Shown: positions 1 to 13,439 of the stretch, in pieces
How the letters are laid out: each line of letters starts with the position of its first letter
Position numbering within the stretch: position 1 is the first letter of the stretch
Assembly (NCBI RefSeq): GCF_006345805.1
Contig: NC_043004.1
Location: 54,622,001 to 54,686,000 of the forward strand
Reading direction: 5' to 3'
Source: Octopus sinensis
Taxonomy: Eukaryota
DNA: 64,000 nt
Notes under the pieces: generated by a model
The model's database searches: none
What the model was told of the DNA's origin: nothing
Seen by the model: the letters and a program-made list of their open reading frames with translations, nothing else
Position numbers and translations under genes: made by a program

Positions 1-150
1 TTGAATTACAGCTACTACTCATTTTTGCTAGTTGACTGGACTCAGGCAGCCTGAAATAAAGTATCTTGCTCCAGGACACAGCGTGGAATCGAACTCATAT
101 CAGTAGAATCGTGAGCCAAGTACCCTACCTACTTAGCCATACACCTTCAT
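1..150 (-). mobile_element. tRNA-derived SINE fragment (head)
   Basis: The reverse strand has A-box-like TGGCTAAGTAGG and B-box GAGTTCGATTCC, followed by a typical SINE body (CCTGGAGCAAGATACTT). Confidence 0.5.
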
Positions 151-187
151 TGTGTTAATACTAGGGACCAAGAATAGGGACTATTCT

Positions 188-522
188 TCTTCTTGTTTCT
201 GTCATATGACTGCGACCACGCTGGAGAACTGCCTTCATGTATTTCTGTCGAACAATTCGACCCCAGGACTTATTTTTAAACCTAGTGTCTATTCTATCGA
301 TCTCTTTGCCGAGGCTCTAAGTTATGAGGACGTAAACACACCAAATCCAGTTGTCAAGCGATGATGGCATGGACAAACACAGACACAGACACACGACAGG
401 CTCCTTTAAGAGTCTATCTACCAATTCCCCTCACAAGGCTTTGGTCGGCCAGATATTATAGTAAAAGACACTTGCCCAATACCATGTGATTGGAAAGCAA
501 GCTTCTTACCACACAGTCATGA
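188..522 (-). mobile_element. tRNA-derived SINE, same family as 55507-55980 (decayed)
   Basis: Its reverse complement matches the 55507 copy (TGTGTGGTAAGAAGCTTGC head, CAAGTGTCTT, CCGACCAAAGCCTTGTGAG, CTTGACAAC, GTCGAATTG). Confidence 0.7.
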
Positions 523-850
523 AGTTTTTATACGAAATTTATATAAAAAATACAGTCGTGAATAAAAGCGATAACGTTGAGATGTTGTTGGGTTAGGTTA
601 AGATAGATTGTAGTGGAAATGTGTGCGGTTAAATATCTTGCAGCCTTTTATAATTTACGTTGACTAAGCTGTCATTTTGAGAAAAATACGTAAACGGCTG
701 TCAAATTCGGCGTTAATGAAAGTTAACACCTTAGCATCTTAGTTTAGGTAGACTTGGTTCATCAATATTTTATATATTCATACTCGTGTTATAAAAGCAT
801 GGATATTCATATACACACGCACAATCGCACACATATAGACTCACACAGAA

Positions 851-1267
<417 letters not shown>

Positions 1268-1632
1268 TGTTTCTTTATTAGCCACACAGGGCTGCACACA
1301 GATAGAACAAATTACAAGGTAGAGCTTTTCTTTTGCAGGTTTAAAAAAAAAAAAGGAAGGTGGAGTTTCGATCAAAAGGGATTGTAAAAGGAGAGAAAGA
1401 GGACAAAAGAAGGGGGGTTAAAAAAAAGGGGGAGAGGAAAAAAAAAATTGATCAATAGGGATCGTTATCACAGAAATGTCAATATGAAGTGTAAAGGGGA
1501 GGACAGGTGAGGTTTACCCGTGGAAGGAAAAGCCTACGGAAAAGACCACGGTAGCCTCGGTCAATGGAGTCACATGTTATATTTCTTTTTTTTTTTTGCG
1601 AATAAGCAACTCTCTGTTTTCAATTTCTGGGT

Positions 1633-4600
1633 TCATAGGATCATGTTCAAGGTGGCTTCGTCATTCATACGTGCCATTCTTGCTACATTCACCCATCTTT
1701 TTTTAAAACATTCGCTAGACAAAACTTGCCTCTCTACTCTCACTTTCCTTTTCAAGTGGTACTTGAAGAAGTTGATGAGAGATTGACCAGAGAGGAAAGT
1801 GTTTGTCTCCAATCCTTTCAGACGCGTCCACCAGATACATTCTTTCGCCATAGCCACAAGGATGATGAAAATAGCTCTTCCTTCCCGTTTGAAGGAAGGA
1901 GGCGTGACGATATTGACGATAGACTCAGCTGATAAACCGACTCGTCCCACACGTGACAGCAGTTGTTCGACATAAGCCCACAGGTCGGAAATTGTTGGAC
2001 ACTGCACGAGTGCGTGCAGAACGGTTTCGTCGCTCTGACCGCATCTCGGGCAGGTCGGCCCCGTGTTTCTCGAGCCGTGTCTGTAGAGCTTATCCCGAAC
2101 GGGTAGCGCTTCTCGGTAGCACTGCCAGGCCAGGGATCTCTGGAAGTTGTCCATGGGCCCTGGCCCGAAAGTCGTCCTGAACAGGCGGGTCAGGTACTCC
2201 TCGTCGACGTCCAGGTTCGCCCCGAGCTCGTCGTCGTACCTCCCCTCCACTAAACCCCTATAGAATGCTTTGGTTGTGTTGAAGTCACTCAAGGTCGACC
2301 CAGGACGGCAGAGTTGCTTGAGAGCAACGCGACACTCGCGATGCCATTCGCCCTTCCTCGGCCTCTTTTTGATCCACGACTGCAGTTCGGTCATGGAGAC
2401 GAGCTGCGGGAAAGCGTGCCTCACAAACGGCGACCACACCTGTTCACCGTCGTCTACATAGAGCCAGAGATGTCGCAGTCTCAGCGCGTGTCTGCGCATC
2501 ATCAACCACGGCATGCCCAGCCCTCGTTTTAACGGGTGTTGACAGCAAATGGATCGCCTGACCATCGGGATGCATCCTTTCCACAAGAAGCGGAAGAGAA
2601 TGCGTTCTAGTTTGGTGATGGTAGGGTCGGGACAAGGTACGACGGTCAGGCGGTAGTAGATGACGGACGCGATGTACGTGTTCGTCACCTCCGCCCGACC
2701 TTTTAGGGACAGTTTCCTCTCGGCCCATTGCCGGGCGAGAGTGACCACCCTACTCGTTATCTCGTTCCAGTTCTTCTCCACTTGGAGGTCCGGACCAAAC
2801 CAGACCCCGAGCAACTCAACCGGGCCGTCGGTCCAGCGTCCCACGACGGAGGCGCTGGTAGACGGCATGGGCTTGCTTCTCCAGGTGCCTAGTCGCAAGC
2901 CCACTGACTTTTCCCGGTTGATTTTCGCTCCTGTCACCGCTTCGTAGTTTTTCAGTGTCTCGCCGACCTGCTCGATGTGCTCGTGGCTAGACACTATGAC
3001 GGTGACGTCGTCCGCGTATGCAGACACGCTCGTCCCGCATCCCAGTTCTCGCGGGATGCCTCTCAAGGTTGCCAGCTTCCGCAATAATGGCTCGAGAGTC
3101 AATACGTATAGAAGCGACGAGAGGGGGCATCCCTGACGGACCGAACGTGCGATGTCGAAGGGTCTCGATAGATGTCCATTCACGCGAATTACCGAACGGA
3201 TGCCTCTGTACAAAGCGGCTATCCAGCCGCGGAAGACGGGACCGAAGCCAGCCGCTCCGAGGACCGCCTCCAAGTATCGATGGTCCACCCTATCGAAAGC
3301 TTTCGATTGATCCAAGTTGATCAGCGCCCCACCCATGCCAGGTTCGTTAACTACCCTGTCTATGATGTAGCGCATCAGATGGAGGTTGTCATGGATGCTC
3401 CGGCCCGGCACGGCGCACGTTTGTGCGTTGTCGACCAGTTTCTCGATGACAGGCGCCAACCTCTTGGCTAACACCTTTGTCAAAATTTTCAGGTCTGCAT
3501 TGAGCAGAGTGATTGGTCTAAAGTTATCTATAATGTTCGCCTTGTTTGGATCTTTCTTCAGCAGTGTTACAGCTCCTCGACTCACAAAACCGGGTATGCT
3601 CCCGTTTTGCTGCCAGTTGCAGTATACCGCTGCCAAGACGTCTCCAAACAAGTCTGGCATACAATTGTAAAACTCGTAGGGCAGACCATCCAAACCCGGC
3701 GATTTGTCTCTCGAGCATTCTGCCATCGCGTCCTGCACATCCGCCGCCGTGATGGCACCTTCGCAGCTGTCTGCCTCTCTTGCCGAGAGTCGTGGTAGGC
3801 TGTGCAGGTAGGCACTGAAATCCACCCTGCGTTCACGCTCATCACTCGTCCCGTACAGTCGGGCAAAGTGCCGCTGAAATGTCTCGCACATCTTGCTGGG
3901 CTCGAGCAATTCGCGCACTTGTTCATCTACCAGAGACCGAATGGTGGCTTTGTTGCCCTGCTGCGCCTCCGCCACCCGGGCCTCTCTCGCAGCTCCAACA
4001 CCTTCGTTCCTTAGAGCACGCAACCTAGCTCTGACAGCACATCCTTCGTGTTTGGCGTTGAAGTGTTGGTCGAGGGCCAACCTCGCCGCCAAAACGTCGG
4101 ATGCGATGCCGCTTCTAATTGCCTCTTCTAGCTTCTTAACTAGCTCACCCTCTACTCTATTTCTATCTATGGCTAGTGCTTTGCTGTACCTAATCGCTTC
4201 TGCTTTTACTGCTCTCTTGAGGGCAAACCACCATTTGTTGTTGATGATGGCTCCCGTCAAAGCCCTCTTTACTAGTGTGCTAATCCGGTCTCTGAAAACC
4301 TGTCTCGATGGGAAAGACGCGTTTAGTTTCCAGTATCCGGGACCCTGCCTAAGTGTCTTACCTAAGTCTAGCGTACATGTCACAAGTTTGTGATCCGTGT
4401 AGCTGACTATGTGGAATTGTGGACATCCTATGCTATCTCTGTCTACTGTCCTACACAGTATCCTATCTAGATACGATCTCGACGACCCGATGCGGTTGCT
4501 CCATGTCCACGTTGGCGCATTCGGGTGATCTAGTCGGAACCTGTCAGACAGTTGAAAGCGTCTGAGCAGGTCTCTGAGGCATTTGCATCCCCGTCTATTC

Positions 4601-5070
4601 CTATCTCTACCCACGTAGTCTACATGCGTGTCCAAGGTAGCATTCCAATCCCCCACTAAGAGTAAAGGACGAGACGTTCCCAAGAATACTTCTAGACGTT
4701 GAAAGAAATCCGCCCGACCTGTTAAGGGCGGTGCGTAGACTGATACGAGTCGAAAAGCGCACCCATTGCTGCCGTCGACATCCAGGACGACCAGTCTACC
4801 CTCCGGGTCTACGAATATTGTCCTTACTTTGAGATCCAGACTCTTGTGAAAAAGTACCGCGGTGCCACTACCGCCCATTCTCGTCAGATAGGGGGAAAAA
4901 TAAATGTTGAACTGTCCGCCAAACATGGTCTTTAGGGCCCGCGGATTGTGGAGTCTGGTCTCACTTATGGCTATGATTTCTAACTTATGTGACTTTATGT
5001 CATTTAAGAGGTACCCTTGTTTCCAAGGGGACCCCAAGCCACGCGCATTTACACAACCAATCTTGATCAT
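1633..5070 (-). CDS. LINE ORF2: APE endonuclease + reverse transcriptase + C-terminal zinc finger (1145 aa, uninterrupted)
   Basis: EN motifs VNARG, SET, GDWN, YLD, TDH; RT motifs DQSKAFDRVDH, RQGCPLS, YADD; C-terminal CPRC...HALVQC. Confidence 0.95.
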   Translation of the reverse strand: MIKIGCVNARGLGSPWKQGYLLNDIKSHKLEIIAISETRLHNPRALKTMFGGQFNIYFSPYLTRMGGSGTAVLFHKSLDLKVRTIFVDPEGRLVVLDVDGSNGCAFRLVSVYAPPLTGRADFFQRLEVFLGTSRPLLLVGDWNATLDTHVDYVGRDRNRRGCKCLRDLLRRFQLSDRFRLDHPNAPTWTWSNRIGSSRSYLDRILCRTVDRDSIGCPQFHIVSYTDHKLVTCTLDLGKTLRQGPGYWKLNASFPSRQVFRDRISTLVKRALTGAIINNKWWFALKRAVKAEAIRYSKALAIDRNRVEGELVKKLEEAIRSGIASDVLAARLALDQHFNAKHEGCAVRARLRALRNEGVGAAREARVAEAQQGNKATIRSLVDEQVRELLEPSKMCETFQRHFARLYGTSDERERRVDFSAYLHSLPRLSAREADSCEGAITAADVQDAMAECSRDKSPGLDGLPYEFYNCMPDLFGDVLAAVYCNWQQNGSIPGFVSRGAVTLLKKDPNKANIIDNFRPITLLNADLKILTKVLAKRLAPVIEKLVDNAQTCAVPGRSIHDNLHLMRYIIDRVVNEPGMGGALINLDQSKAFDRVDHRYLEAVLGAAGFGPVFRGWIAALYRGIRSVIRVNGHLSRPFDIARSVRQGCPLSSLLYVLTLEPLLRKLATLRGIPRELGCGTSVSAYADDVTVIVSSHEHIEQVGETLKNYEAVTGAKINREKSVGLRLGTWRSKPMPSTSASVVGRWTDGPVELLGVWFGPDLQVEKNWNEITSRVVTLARQWAERKLSLKGRAEVTNTYIASVIYYRLTVVPCPDPTITKLERILFRFLWKGCIPMVRRSICCQHPLKRGLGMPWLMMRRHALRLRHLWLYVDDGEQVWSPFVRHAFPQLVSMTELQSWIKKRPRKGEWHRECRVALKQLCRPGSTLSDFNTTKAFYRGLVEGRYDDELGANLDVDEEYLTRLFRTTFGPGPMDNFQRSLAWQCYREALPVRDKLYRHGSRNTGPTCPRCGQSDETVLHALVQCPTISDLWAYVEQLLSRVGRVGLSAESIVNIVTPPSFKREGRAIFIILVAMAKECIWWTRLKGLETNTFLSGQSLINFFKYHLKRKVRVERQVLSSECFKKRWVNVARMARMNDEATLNMIL

Positions 5071-5114
5071 AGTCCTAATGAATTAGAATACAAGTGAAAG
5101 GAACAGAGGGTTAC

Positions 5115-6529
5115 TTACTGCTCGAAAGTTTTTGCTTTCTCCTCCTTTGGTTTGTCCTCGAGGAGATCCCAGTACAGTTTCTTTGTGAGATATTTTTGGC
5201 ATTTACCAACCGCGCTGGGGAAAATGCCTTTGAGTGTGTGGTGCAGACTTTTGGAGATGTGCAATATTTTGATGTGGTCTGGTGGTGTTGTGTATGGGTA
5301 ATTGTTTGTTTTTATGTCATCTTCTGTTATGTTTGTTTTTGATTGGATGCATTCCATCAAATTTGTGTTTTTGGTGTCTATAGCTGTGAGCATGTTTGCT
5401 GTATATATTTTTGTGGTGTTTGTGTGGCTGTTGTTTGTGTTGGGTTTTGAAATGTCTTCGTGAGATGTATTTTCCCCTGTTTTGTTCGTGTTTGCATTTG
5501 GTTTGATTGTGTTTCTGCTCTTTATTTTCCTTCTTTTTGTAGCTATTTGCCATTCCTCACTGGTTTCGTCTTCCGACGAAATTTCTGAGGAATCAGTAGG
5601 GGGTAGGGGTATGTTGTGGGCTTCTATGTATGTCTGTGTAAGTGGTTGTGTTGTTGTTTTCGTTGTTGTTGGTTGTTGAGTGTTTGTGTGTGTTGAGTGC
5701 GGTATAAGGGATGGGGGATCAGTTTGCGTGTGTTTTCTTTGTTTTTCTGTTCCTTTGGGTTTTGCTGTTGTTGGTGGTGTTGGTATTTTTTCAGGTGTTG
5801 AGTGGTTTTTGGTTGATGACGGATTAGCTTGGTGTGCTTCTCTTGTCGTCTTCTGTGTTGATGGTGGTGTGGGTAGTAGAGCTTTTTTCCGGAGTGCTTT
5901 GGTTGTGGTAGTGGTTGTTGTTGTTGCTCTTGGTGTGCAGTGGTTGGGCACGTCTTTTTCAAGTGTGTTTCGCTTCCACACAAATAGCAGCGTGGTCGCT
6001 TGCCCTCTACCACTATATAGAGTTTGTAGCCTCCTGGCAGTTCTATAGCGGTGGGTATCTTCTCTCTTGCTGCTTCATCCAATTGAAGCAGGAATTCGAT
6101 TGATTTGCCCACATAGTCTTCTCTCCTAGAACCGCGATTTCAAGGATGTTTGTCTCTGACATTGTCTCTGTCATTTCAAAGCAGATGGCAGAGACCAACC
6201 ATTGTGTTTCGACTTCAAGTGGTATGTTTTTTATTTGGACTTTCGTGACCCTTTTGTTTAAATAGACTGGTATCATTACCAAGTCGTCCGAATGCAGCTC
6301 CAATGTGGAAAAACGTTTTGCTAAACTTTCGTTGAGGAAACGTACTTGGACTGTACCAAATTTGTTTCCCCAACTGATATATTCCTTGGAGTCCCATGCA
6401 GGACGAAGGCATTTTTCGATTTTTTCCTGCGGTGCATTTTCTCTTCTTCTTGTTTTCTTGTTTATTACTTTATAAATTATTGTTTTTTTTTTTTGTGTGT
6501 TTTCCACGATGTGTTGTGGAATGTGAAGG

Positions 6530-6530
<1 letters not shown>
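5115..6530 (-). pseudogene. LINE ORF1 (RRM-like region + CCHC zinc knuckle + Thr/Pro-rich tail), truncated and frameshifted
   Basis: Spread over three frames (shifts near 6120 and 5900); knuckle RPRCYLCGSETHLKKTC; homologous to copy 2 ORF1. Confidence 0.85.

Positions 6531-6603
<73 letters not shown>
6531..6603. repeat. (AGAT)n microsatellite at the 5' junction of LINE copy 1
   Basis: ORF1 codons (LHIPQH) run directly into the tract. Confidence 0.97.
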
Positions 6604-6604
<1 letters not shown>

Positions 6605-6689
6605 ATATATACGTACATAAATACATATATGTAGGTACATCTATGCTCATATATCATACATCTATGTTATATAAACACACGCACACACA

Positions 6690-7179
6690 CACATACATAC
6701 ATATATACATACATATATACATACATACATACAAACATACATGCATACATATATACATACATATATACATACATACATACATGCATACATGCATGCATGC
6801 ATACATACATACATACATACATACATACATACATGCATGCATGCATGCATACATACACACATACATACATACATACATACATACATGCATGCATGCATGC
6901 ATACATACATACATACATGCATACATGCATGCATGCATACATACATACATACATACATGCATGCATGCATACACATACATACATACATACATGCATACAT
7001 GCATGCATGCATACATACATACATACATGCATACATGCATGCATACATACATACATACATACATACATACATGCATGCATGCATACATACATACATACAT
7101 ACATACATGGATGCATGCATGCATGCATGCATGCATGCATACATCCATCCATACATACATACATACATACATACATACA

Positions 7180-7215
<36 letters not shown>

Positions 7216-7225
7216 TATATATATT
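6690..7225. repeat. Compound (ACAT)n/(GCAT)n microsatellite
   Basis: Long tetranucleotide array that generates the HTYI/MYVC pseudo-ORFs. Confidence 0.95.
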
Positions 7226-8028
7226 AGAAACTTCCTTGAAGAAAACTTTATGGACGATCTACAATTACTTTGGTCAGTATTTCTAATTCTATTTAAAAGA
7301 AAACTTAAAAAGAAATTTGTTGTGTCAAGGGAGAGTCGTTATGCTCTGGTTCAATTCCACTCCTTCATTATTAGTCAATTGGTTAAATATCCAACTAACT
7401 AATGGATTATTTGTGTAATTTGTTTAAACAGTAACTAGCCTTCAGCTGGTCTCGGAAACAGAATTTGGGGGCTCGACTTCGTATGGTGTCTGAGCTCAAC
7501 TCTTCAAAGAGGGCTTGATGCAATTGCAGCGGAACTGAAACCAGGACCTGGTAATGCTAGAAGGCCTATACGCAGTATTAATGGTTAAATAAAGTGCAAT
7601 ATGTAACGAGCAATCGCCCTTTTAATATAAAGTGGACATGAGAGGGATTATACAATCGGATACTAGCTTTGAAGTTAGAAAAACAGCAGCACAAACTATA
7701 TAATCCGATTTTGGGCCACGTCAGAAACATATATGTACAGTGTGGTGTATGTGTATATGTTTATATGTGTTTGTGTTTGTAGTTGCTTTTTGTGTGCAAG
7801 CGTGTGTATATATGTTGGCATGGATGAGTATTTGCGTTTGTAACTGAATGTGAGTGTGTGGCCAGCTTGTGTGGGCATGCGTATGTTTGTGTAATTTGCC
7901 TTAGATTCAGTATGGATAAGTGTATATCGCAAACTACACACTTCTAACGCGATAAGTTATTGACCACTTTTATGCTTTTGTACCGAAAAATAAATAACTA
8001 ACACACAGACACACTGGCATATATACAT

Positions 8029-8069
<41 letters not shown>

Positions 8070-9388
8070 CACACACACACAATATTGCATCTTCTATATG
8101 TACACGTACAAATACACATATATCCATATTTATATGTGTATTCGTATTCGTATTCGATGTGTGTGTGTGTAGGTGTCTAAATTAATATGTATGCATTTGA
8201 TATACACACGTCTGTGTGCCTTTGTGTATCTATGTGCACGTATCTATATATATGTTTATATATATGATGGTGTGTGTGTGTGTGTATACATCTATATATA
8301 TGTATATGCTTATATATATATGTATGTGTATATATGCGTATATGTACATATGAAAGCACTTCATCAAAACACTTTGCCGTGTGTATGCCTGTATGCCTGC
8401 GTATATGTGCATTAAAGAGAGTGTGCATAAGTATGAACAAGTGTGTAATTTGATGCTTGTCCATAGAGATAGGGTCTATATATCTGAAAATTATACGCTG
8501 TACTGATGTATATATGGTGAGCTATAATTTCTAAACAGCAACTCAATGATTATTTGGAAACAGGATTTAGCATTATTTATACTTTTATTTATATGTTTGT
8601 TTATTTAATTATTAAATTATTATTTATAAATATTTTTTAATCTGTTCTGTGTTATCTTTTCTTTCATAGTTTTTTATACTGTTTTCTTTATATAACTTTC
8701 GTCTCATTTATTTGATGTTTAAGACTGTTGATTTTGTTTACACGTAGATATGCTACATGCGCTTACATTATACATGCATAGACACACATATATAAACAGA
8801 TATATCATATATATATATGTATATATATATAGTATATATATATATATAGCGGCGTACGTACACTTTCTTCTTCGTTCTCTCATATATATATATATATATA
8901 TAATATATATATTATATATATATATATATTATATATATATATATGTATGTATATACATATGTATATATACTATATATATGTGTGTGTGTATATATATGCA
9001 TATATACATATATATATACGTATATATATATATGTGTGTGTATGTATTCATATATATGTGTGTGTGTATACGTATGTATGTATGTATGTATCTATCTATC
9101 TATCTATCTGTCTATCTATCTATCTATCCATCTATCTATCTACCTATCTAGGTGTGTATGTTTATATGCGTATAGATCAAATTGTGTGAATATAAATCCA
9201 TATAGGTCTCTGTGTTTGAATGGTTATATATAAATAATGTGTGTGTATAAATGTGGGCGTGTATATGTATGTGTTATGTATTCGTGTAAGTATACACATA
9301 TATATATAGAGACACACAGACACGTACATGCACACACATGCGCTCACACACACACACACACACATATATATGTACATGGATGCGAGTT

Positions 9389-9452
<64 letters not shown>

Positions 9453-10049
9453 TTATATATGTATATATATATATACATATATATAAATATAGCGAACATA
9501 TATATATCGTATATAAGTACGTATGTATGTATGCATGCATGCGTTTATGCATGTATGTGTAAGAGATCAATATTGATACATAGAAAGATAAATACGCAGA
9601 GATCAATGGTTTTAAGATAGATATAGAGGAAAGAGATCGATAGATATATATATAGATAGATATTCAGATTAAACCCAGCTCTATAACATCCGTTCAAAAT
9701 GTCTGCCCCATCAAACTATGTGTAATGTATCAACTGCAGAGCTAAAGTATAATTTACCAAACTTTGATGTTACTGATATTTACAAGGAACGGTTAAGCAG
9801 ATGTGTATGTGTGTGCGTGTGCATGTGTGAGTGTTTGTGATTGTGTGCGTGTGTGCGCGTGTCTGCGTATCTGTGTGTGCGTGTGTGTGGTTGTGTAACT
9901 TTCTATTCATGTTACCATGTGCGTTTCTGTGCTGCGCCTATCTTTATATGCTTCTGCGTGTATTGGTCCGTTTGTAGTGCAAGCGTTTATATGTGTTAAT
10001 GTGTGACATATTAATAGGGAATTAATCGGTATTCACCATTTTGATTTTG

Positions 10050-10082
<33 letters not shown>

Positions 10083-10106
10083 ATATATACACTCACACAT
10101 ATGTAC

Positions 10107-10153
<47 letters not shown>

Positions 10154-10200
10154 ATATATATATAATATATATATATATACGTATATATATATATATATAA

Positions 10201-10730
10201 TAGAAATATTAAAATTACTAAGTCTCTATAAAGAGATTATGGCAGCATTTACTGGAAATTAATTGTTATCGCCATATTAATATGGCATTCTTATAGATAT
10301 AAGAATAATCGCTGCCGCTGGCCAGCTCCATGAGGCCACCGCCATCAAGATAGCTATTGATACACGATCTGTATCCATTATAACCTTCGAACAAGGGAGG
10401 TCAGCCGCTTCACACTGCCAGTCCGACAGCTACAGACGCGTTTCGGGGTATTGCCCCTTGTCAAAGTAGCGCAGTCAGACCCGCAGGTGTCGCCACTGAC
10501 GACTCTGTTCGAAGGCTTATATTTGCCTAGTTTCAGTGGAATACATCCACTTGTTTTCAATAATAGAAATATTAAAATTACTAAGTCTCTATAAAAGAGA
10601 TTATAGCAGCGTTTACTGGAAATTAATTGTTATCGCCATATTAATATTGCATTCTTAAAGATATAAGAATAATCGCTGCCATGGTCAGCTCCATGAGGCC
10701 ACCGCCATCAAGATAGCTATTGAAACACGA
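10201..10730 (-). mobile_element. Non-coding PLE-like/retrozyme-like repeat, family B (~363-bp unit + partial direct repeat)
   Basis: 10201-10366 repeats at 10564-10730; near-identical to 38869-39665; contains a hammerhead fold; (TA)n on the left. Confidence 0.75.
10429..10470 (-). ncRNA. Type I hammerhead ribozyme, U3-A8 variant core
   Basis: Reverse strand GCTACT-TTGACAA-GGGG CAATA CCCC-GAAA-CGCG-TC-TGTAGC; one mismatch at the base of stem I in this copy. Confidence 0.65.
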
Positions 10731-10849
10731 GTGGGACTGAACCCGGAACCATGTGGTTGGTAAGCAAGCTACATACCTCACAGCTACTCCTGCACCTATA
10801 TATATATATATAAGAACAATGGTTTCTGTAGAACCATTGAGCAAATAGA

Positions 10850-12024
10850 ACGGAAAAAACTGAATTCATACGATCCTTTGCCCTTATTAGCTTGCACATT
10901 GACACTCTTGATGTCATCATGGAAAATGATGGAAAACAGTGGCAATGCTGATAGGATCAGGGAAGGTGAAGCCAGAATCAGAAGTTCCTCTGATCCAGTG
11001 GTCCCACCAAAGAATAGATCCCCCACCCCTATGAACAACCAGGCGGATAAGGATTGGGAAGCTGAAGAAGCAACTAACAGAAATCGCTCTGTGCCAGTGG
11101 TCCTACAAACGAATGGCGCCCTCACCCCATTGAACAACCAGAGGGATGCAAGCGCTATCACCAGTAAATGAAGGAAAGACCACGAACACAAACAAAAAGA
11201 AGGAAGGGGAGAGAAACGAAAAGGAAAAGGAAGGGATGAAACAACCAAAAACCAAAACCCAAAACCACCAAAGAGAAAATAACTGAAATATGGAGGGTCC
11301 ATTGGAATCCGAATCCCTAGGGGAGAGAAGAAATTAGGAATGAAGTGAAGGACATGCAAATTTTACCTACAAGGCAAATGTTGGCATTTGAAAGACGATA
11401 CAAACTGCCAGTTTGTTCGCTCGAGACTCCACCAAAACTGCAGGGTCCTTAAGGAGAAATACTTACCTGAGGAAAGGCACCGATCGTCTCCAAAGAGAAA
11501 GTATACAAATGCAGTGTGCTCATCAGATGTTACACGCAAGGCAGCAGCTGAGCAAGATTTTTTTTTTGTGCATAGTGCAATAGATTGTGTAGCAGCTATC
11601 CTGGCTAAATCAACCGCAAGCACGGAACCTTGCCCACAAGACCACTACAATTAACAGACAATTAACAGGATGGCCTCCCCCTGCACAGTCGTCACGCCAA
11701 TACTTTTACTTGCACCATAACAACAAAAGTAAAATATTTTCCCCGAGAGATGTTGCTGGATGCAATCAAGCTCTATGCATAGCATAGATGGAAACTCATC
11801 TGAGCCTTGATATAGAGGATGCAAAAGTACACATACCAAACTATACTATGCTTCAAACAGAGGGAAGGGAATGGAGCCATGATGCAGTTGCTGTTTACAT
11901 CTGTGAGGATCTCGCATCCCATGTTTTAATGTCATACTCAAATTCAGTATCTGACACTCAAATTGTATACATAAGACAACACAATATAGTCATATGCAAT
12001 ATATATTACCTACCAGATGCTCCA

Positions 12025-12030
<6 letters not shown>
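10850..12030 (+). pseudogene. Decayed CR1/L2-like LINE 5' part (Cys/His ORF1 motif + APE endonuclease start)
   Basis: CKFYLQGKCWH...CQF motif near 11350-11410; ETHLSLDIEDAKVHIPNY...HDAVAVYI...IYYLP resembles the APE N-terminus (11788-12030). Confidence 0.6.
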
Positions 12031-12080
<50 letters not shown>

Positions 12081-12194
12081 ATATTTCGGAATGGTCATAT
12101 TGCCAGTTTAGCCAATAAAAACACACGCACTATATATTTGGTGTTATTTTGCTTCAGTGATATTTATTTTTTACATTAATCTTAATCTTATTTC

Positions 12195-12616
12195 GGCCAA
12201 AGTTCTTTCGTCACACTCCTGTGACCGCATCAGTGGTCCTTTGTTTTCTTCTCACTTACTTGTGTCTCTCCTTACTAACCGTCATCCATTTTGTATTTCT
12301 ATTGTATGTCTTCATTTGCGCACGATTATATCTCTATGTGCGTCTATGTTTATTTAGTGTGTGTATGGGGGGGATGCCTGTAATATTTCTATCTTCTGTT
12401 TATATACATTCTTGTAATTTGTATTTTGTTTTTGTTGTTGTTGCTTTTGTTCGAATATTGTTCATGTGTTTACATCTACCCATTATTATCATTATATATG
12501 CTTGTATGTATGTATAACAACAATATTAGTAATAATAATAAATCTAATCGAAAAAAAAAATATATATATATATATATAATATATATACATATATACACAC
12601 ATATATACACATATAC

Positions 12617-12647
<31 letters not shown>

Positions 12648-12955
12648 TACATATATATAGTTATTCATTTCTATTTCTTTAATTATCTGTGTATTTATTA
12701 TGTTTGCAGGATCCACTATCGTCATATGTTGTGGTGTGTGCTATTGCTCCATTCTAGTTTTCTATTCAGGCTAGGTTTATTTTCTATTATATGTGTAGCT
12801 TCTGTAATTTGTCTAATTGTTGCATCTGTTCTATGTGTGGACAATATCTTAATCTCTATGTTATTGATTGATCCCCCGTGTTCTTGTTCGGCGTGTTGGT
12901 ACAGAATCGATGAGCTTTTACCTTCCTTGAGTTGTCTCCAATGTTCATATTTAAA
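12195..12955 (-). mobile_element. PLE 3' fragment (GIY-YIG C-terminus + 3' repeat with decayed hammerhead)
   Basis: EHWRQLK...SSILYQHAEQEHGG...RQITEATHIIENKPSLNRKLEW (12955-12735); CTGATGCG-GTCAC..GTGAC-GAAAGAACTT at 12239-12195. Confidence 0.7.
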
Positions 12956-12956
12956 C

Positions 12957-13025
<69 letters not shown>

Positions 13026-13350
13026 AAGGGAGAGTTTACGAAAAAACAACAAAAGCCGAAGACAGGTGGTGTACAAATCAAACAGATGTATTAGTATAAC
13101 GCTCAGGAATAGAAAAAGTTTTTTACGTTTTGAGCCTACGCTCTTCTACAGAAAGGGACACAGAAAACAAGGAGAGAAAAATGGAGAGAAAAAAGGAGAG
13201 AAACAAGGAGAGAAAAAAGGAAAGAAACAAGGAGAGAAACAAGGAGAGAAAAAAGGAAAGAAACAAGGAGAGAAACAAGGAGAGAAAAAAAGGAGAGAAA
13301 AAAGGAGAGAGAAAAAGAGAAAAATGGAGAAAAAAGAGAGAAACAAGGAA
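13026..13350 (-). mobile_element. Short repeat family D (hammerhead-like motif) with an expanded GA-rich end
   Basis: Reverse complement of the 52229 and 56677 copies; abuts (TA)n. Confidence 0.7.
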
Positions 13351-13439
13351 AGAAAAAATATATATATATTCTCATATACATATATATATATACATTTATA
13401 TATACATGTATGTGTCTATGTGCATGTGTGTGCATGCGT

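Noticed and set aside
1726-4393. Many plus-strand ORFs of 60-170 aa, repeated at 26-28 kb and 32-33 kb
   Set aside because: They are antisense shadows of the GC-rich LINE ORF2, with no independent motifs.
6643-7402. Long ORFs in several frames (HTYI/MYVC repeats), and similar IYI/YLSI/CVCV ORFs throughout the window
   Set aside because: They are translations of stop-free microsatellites, not genes.
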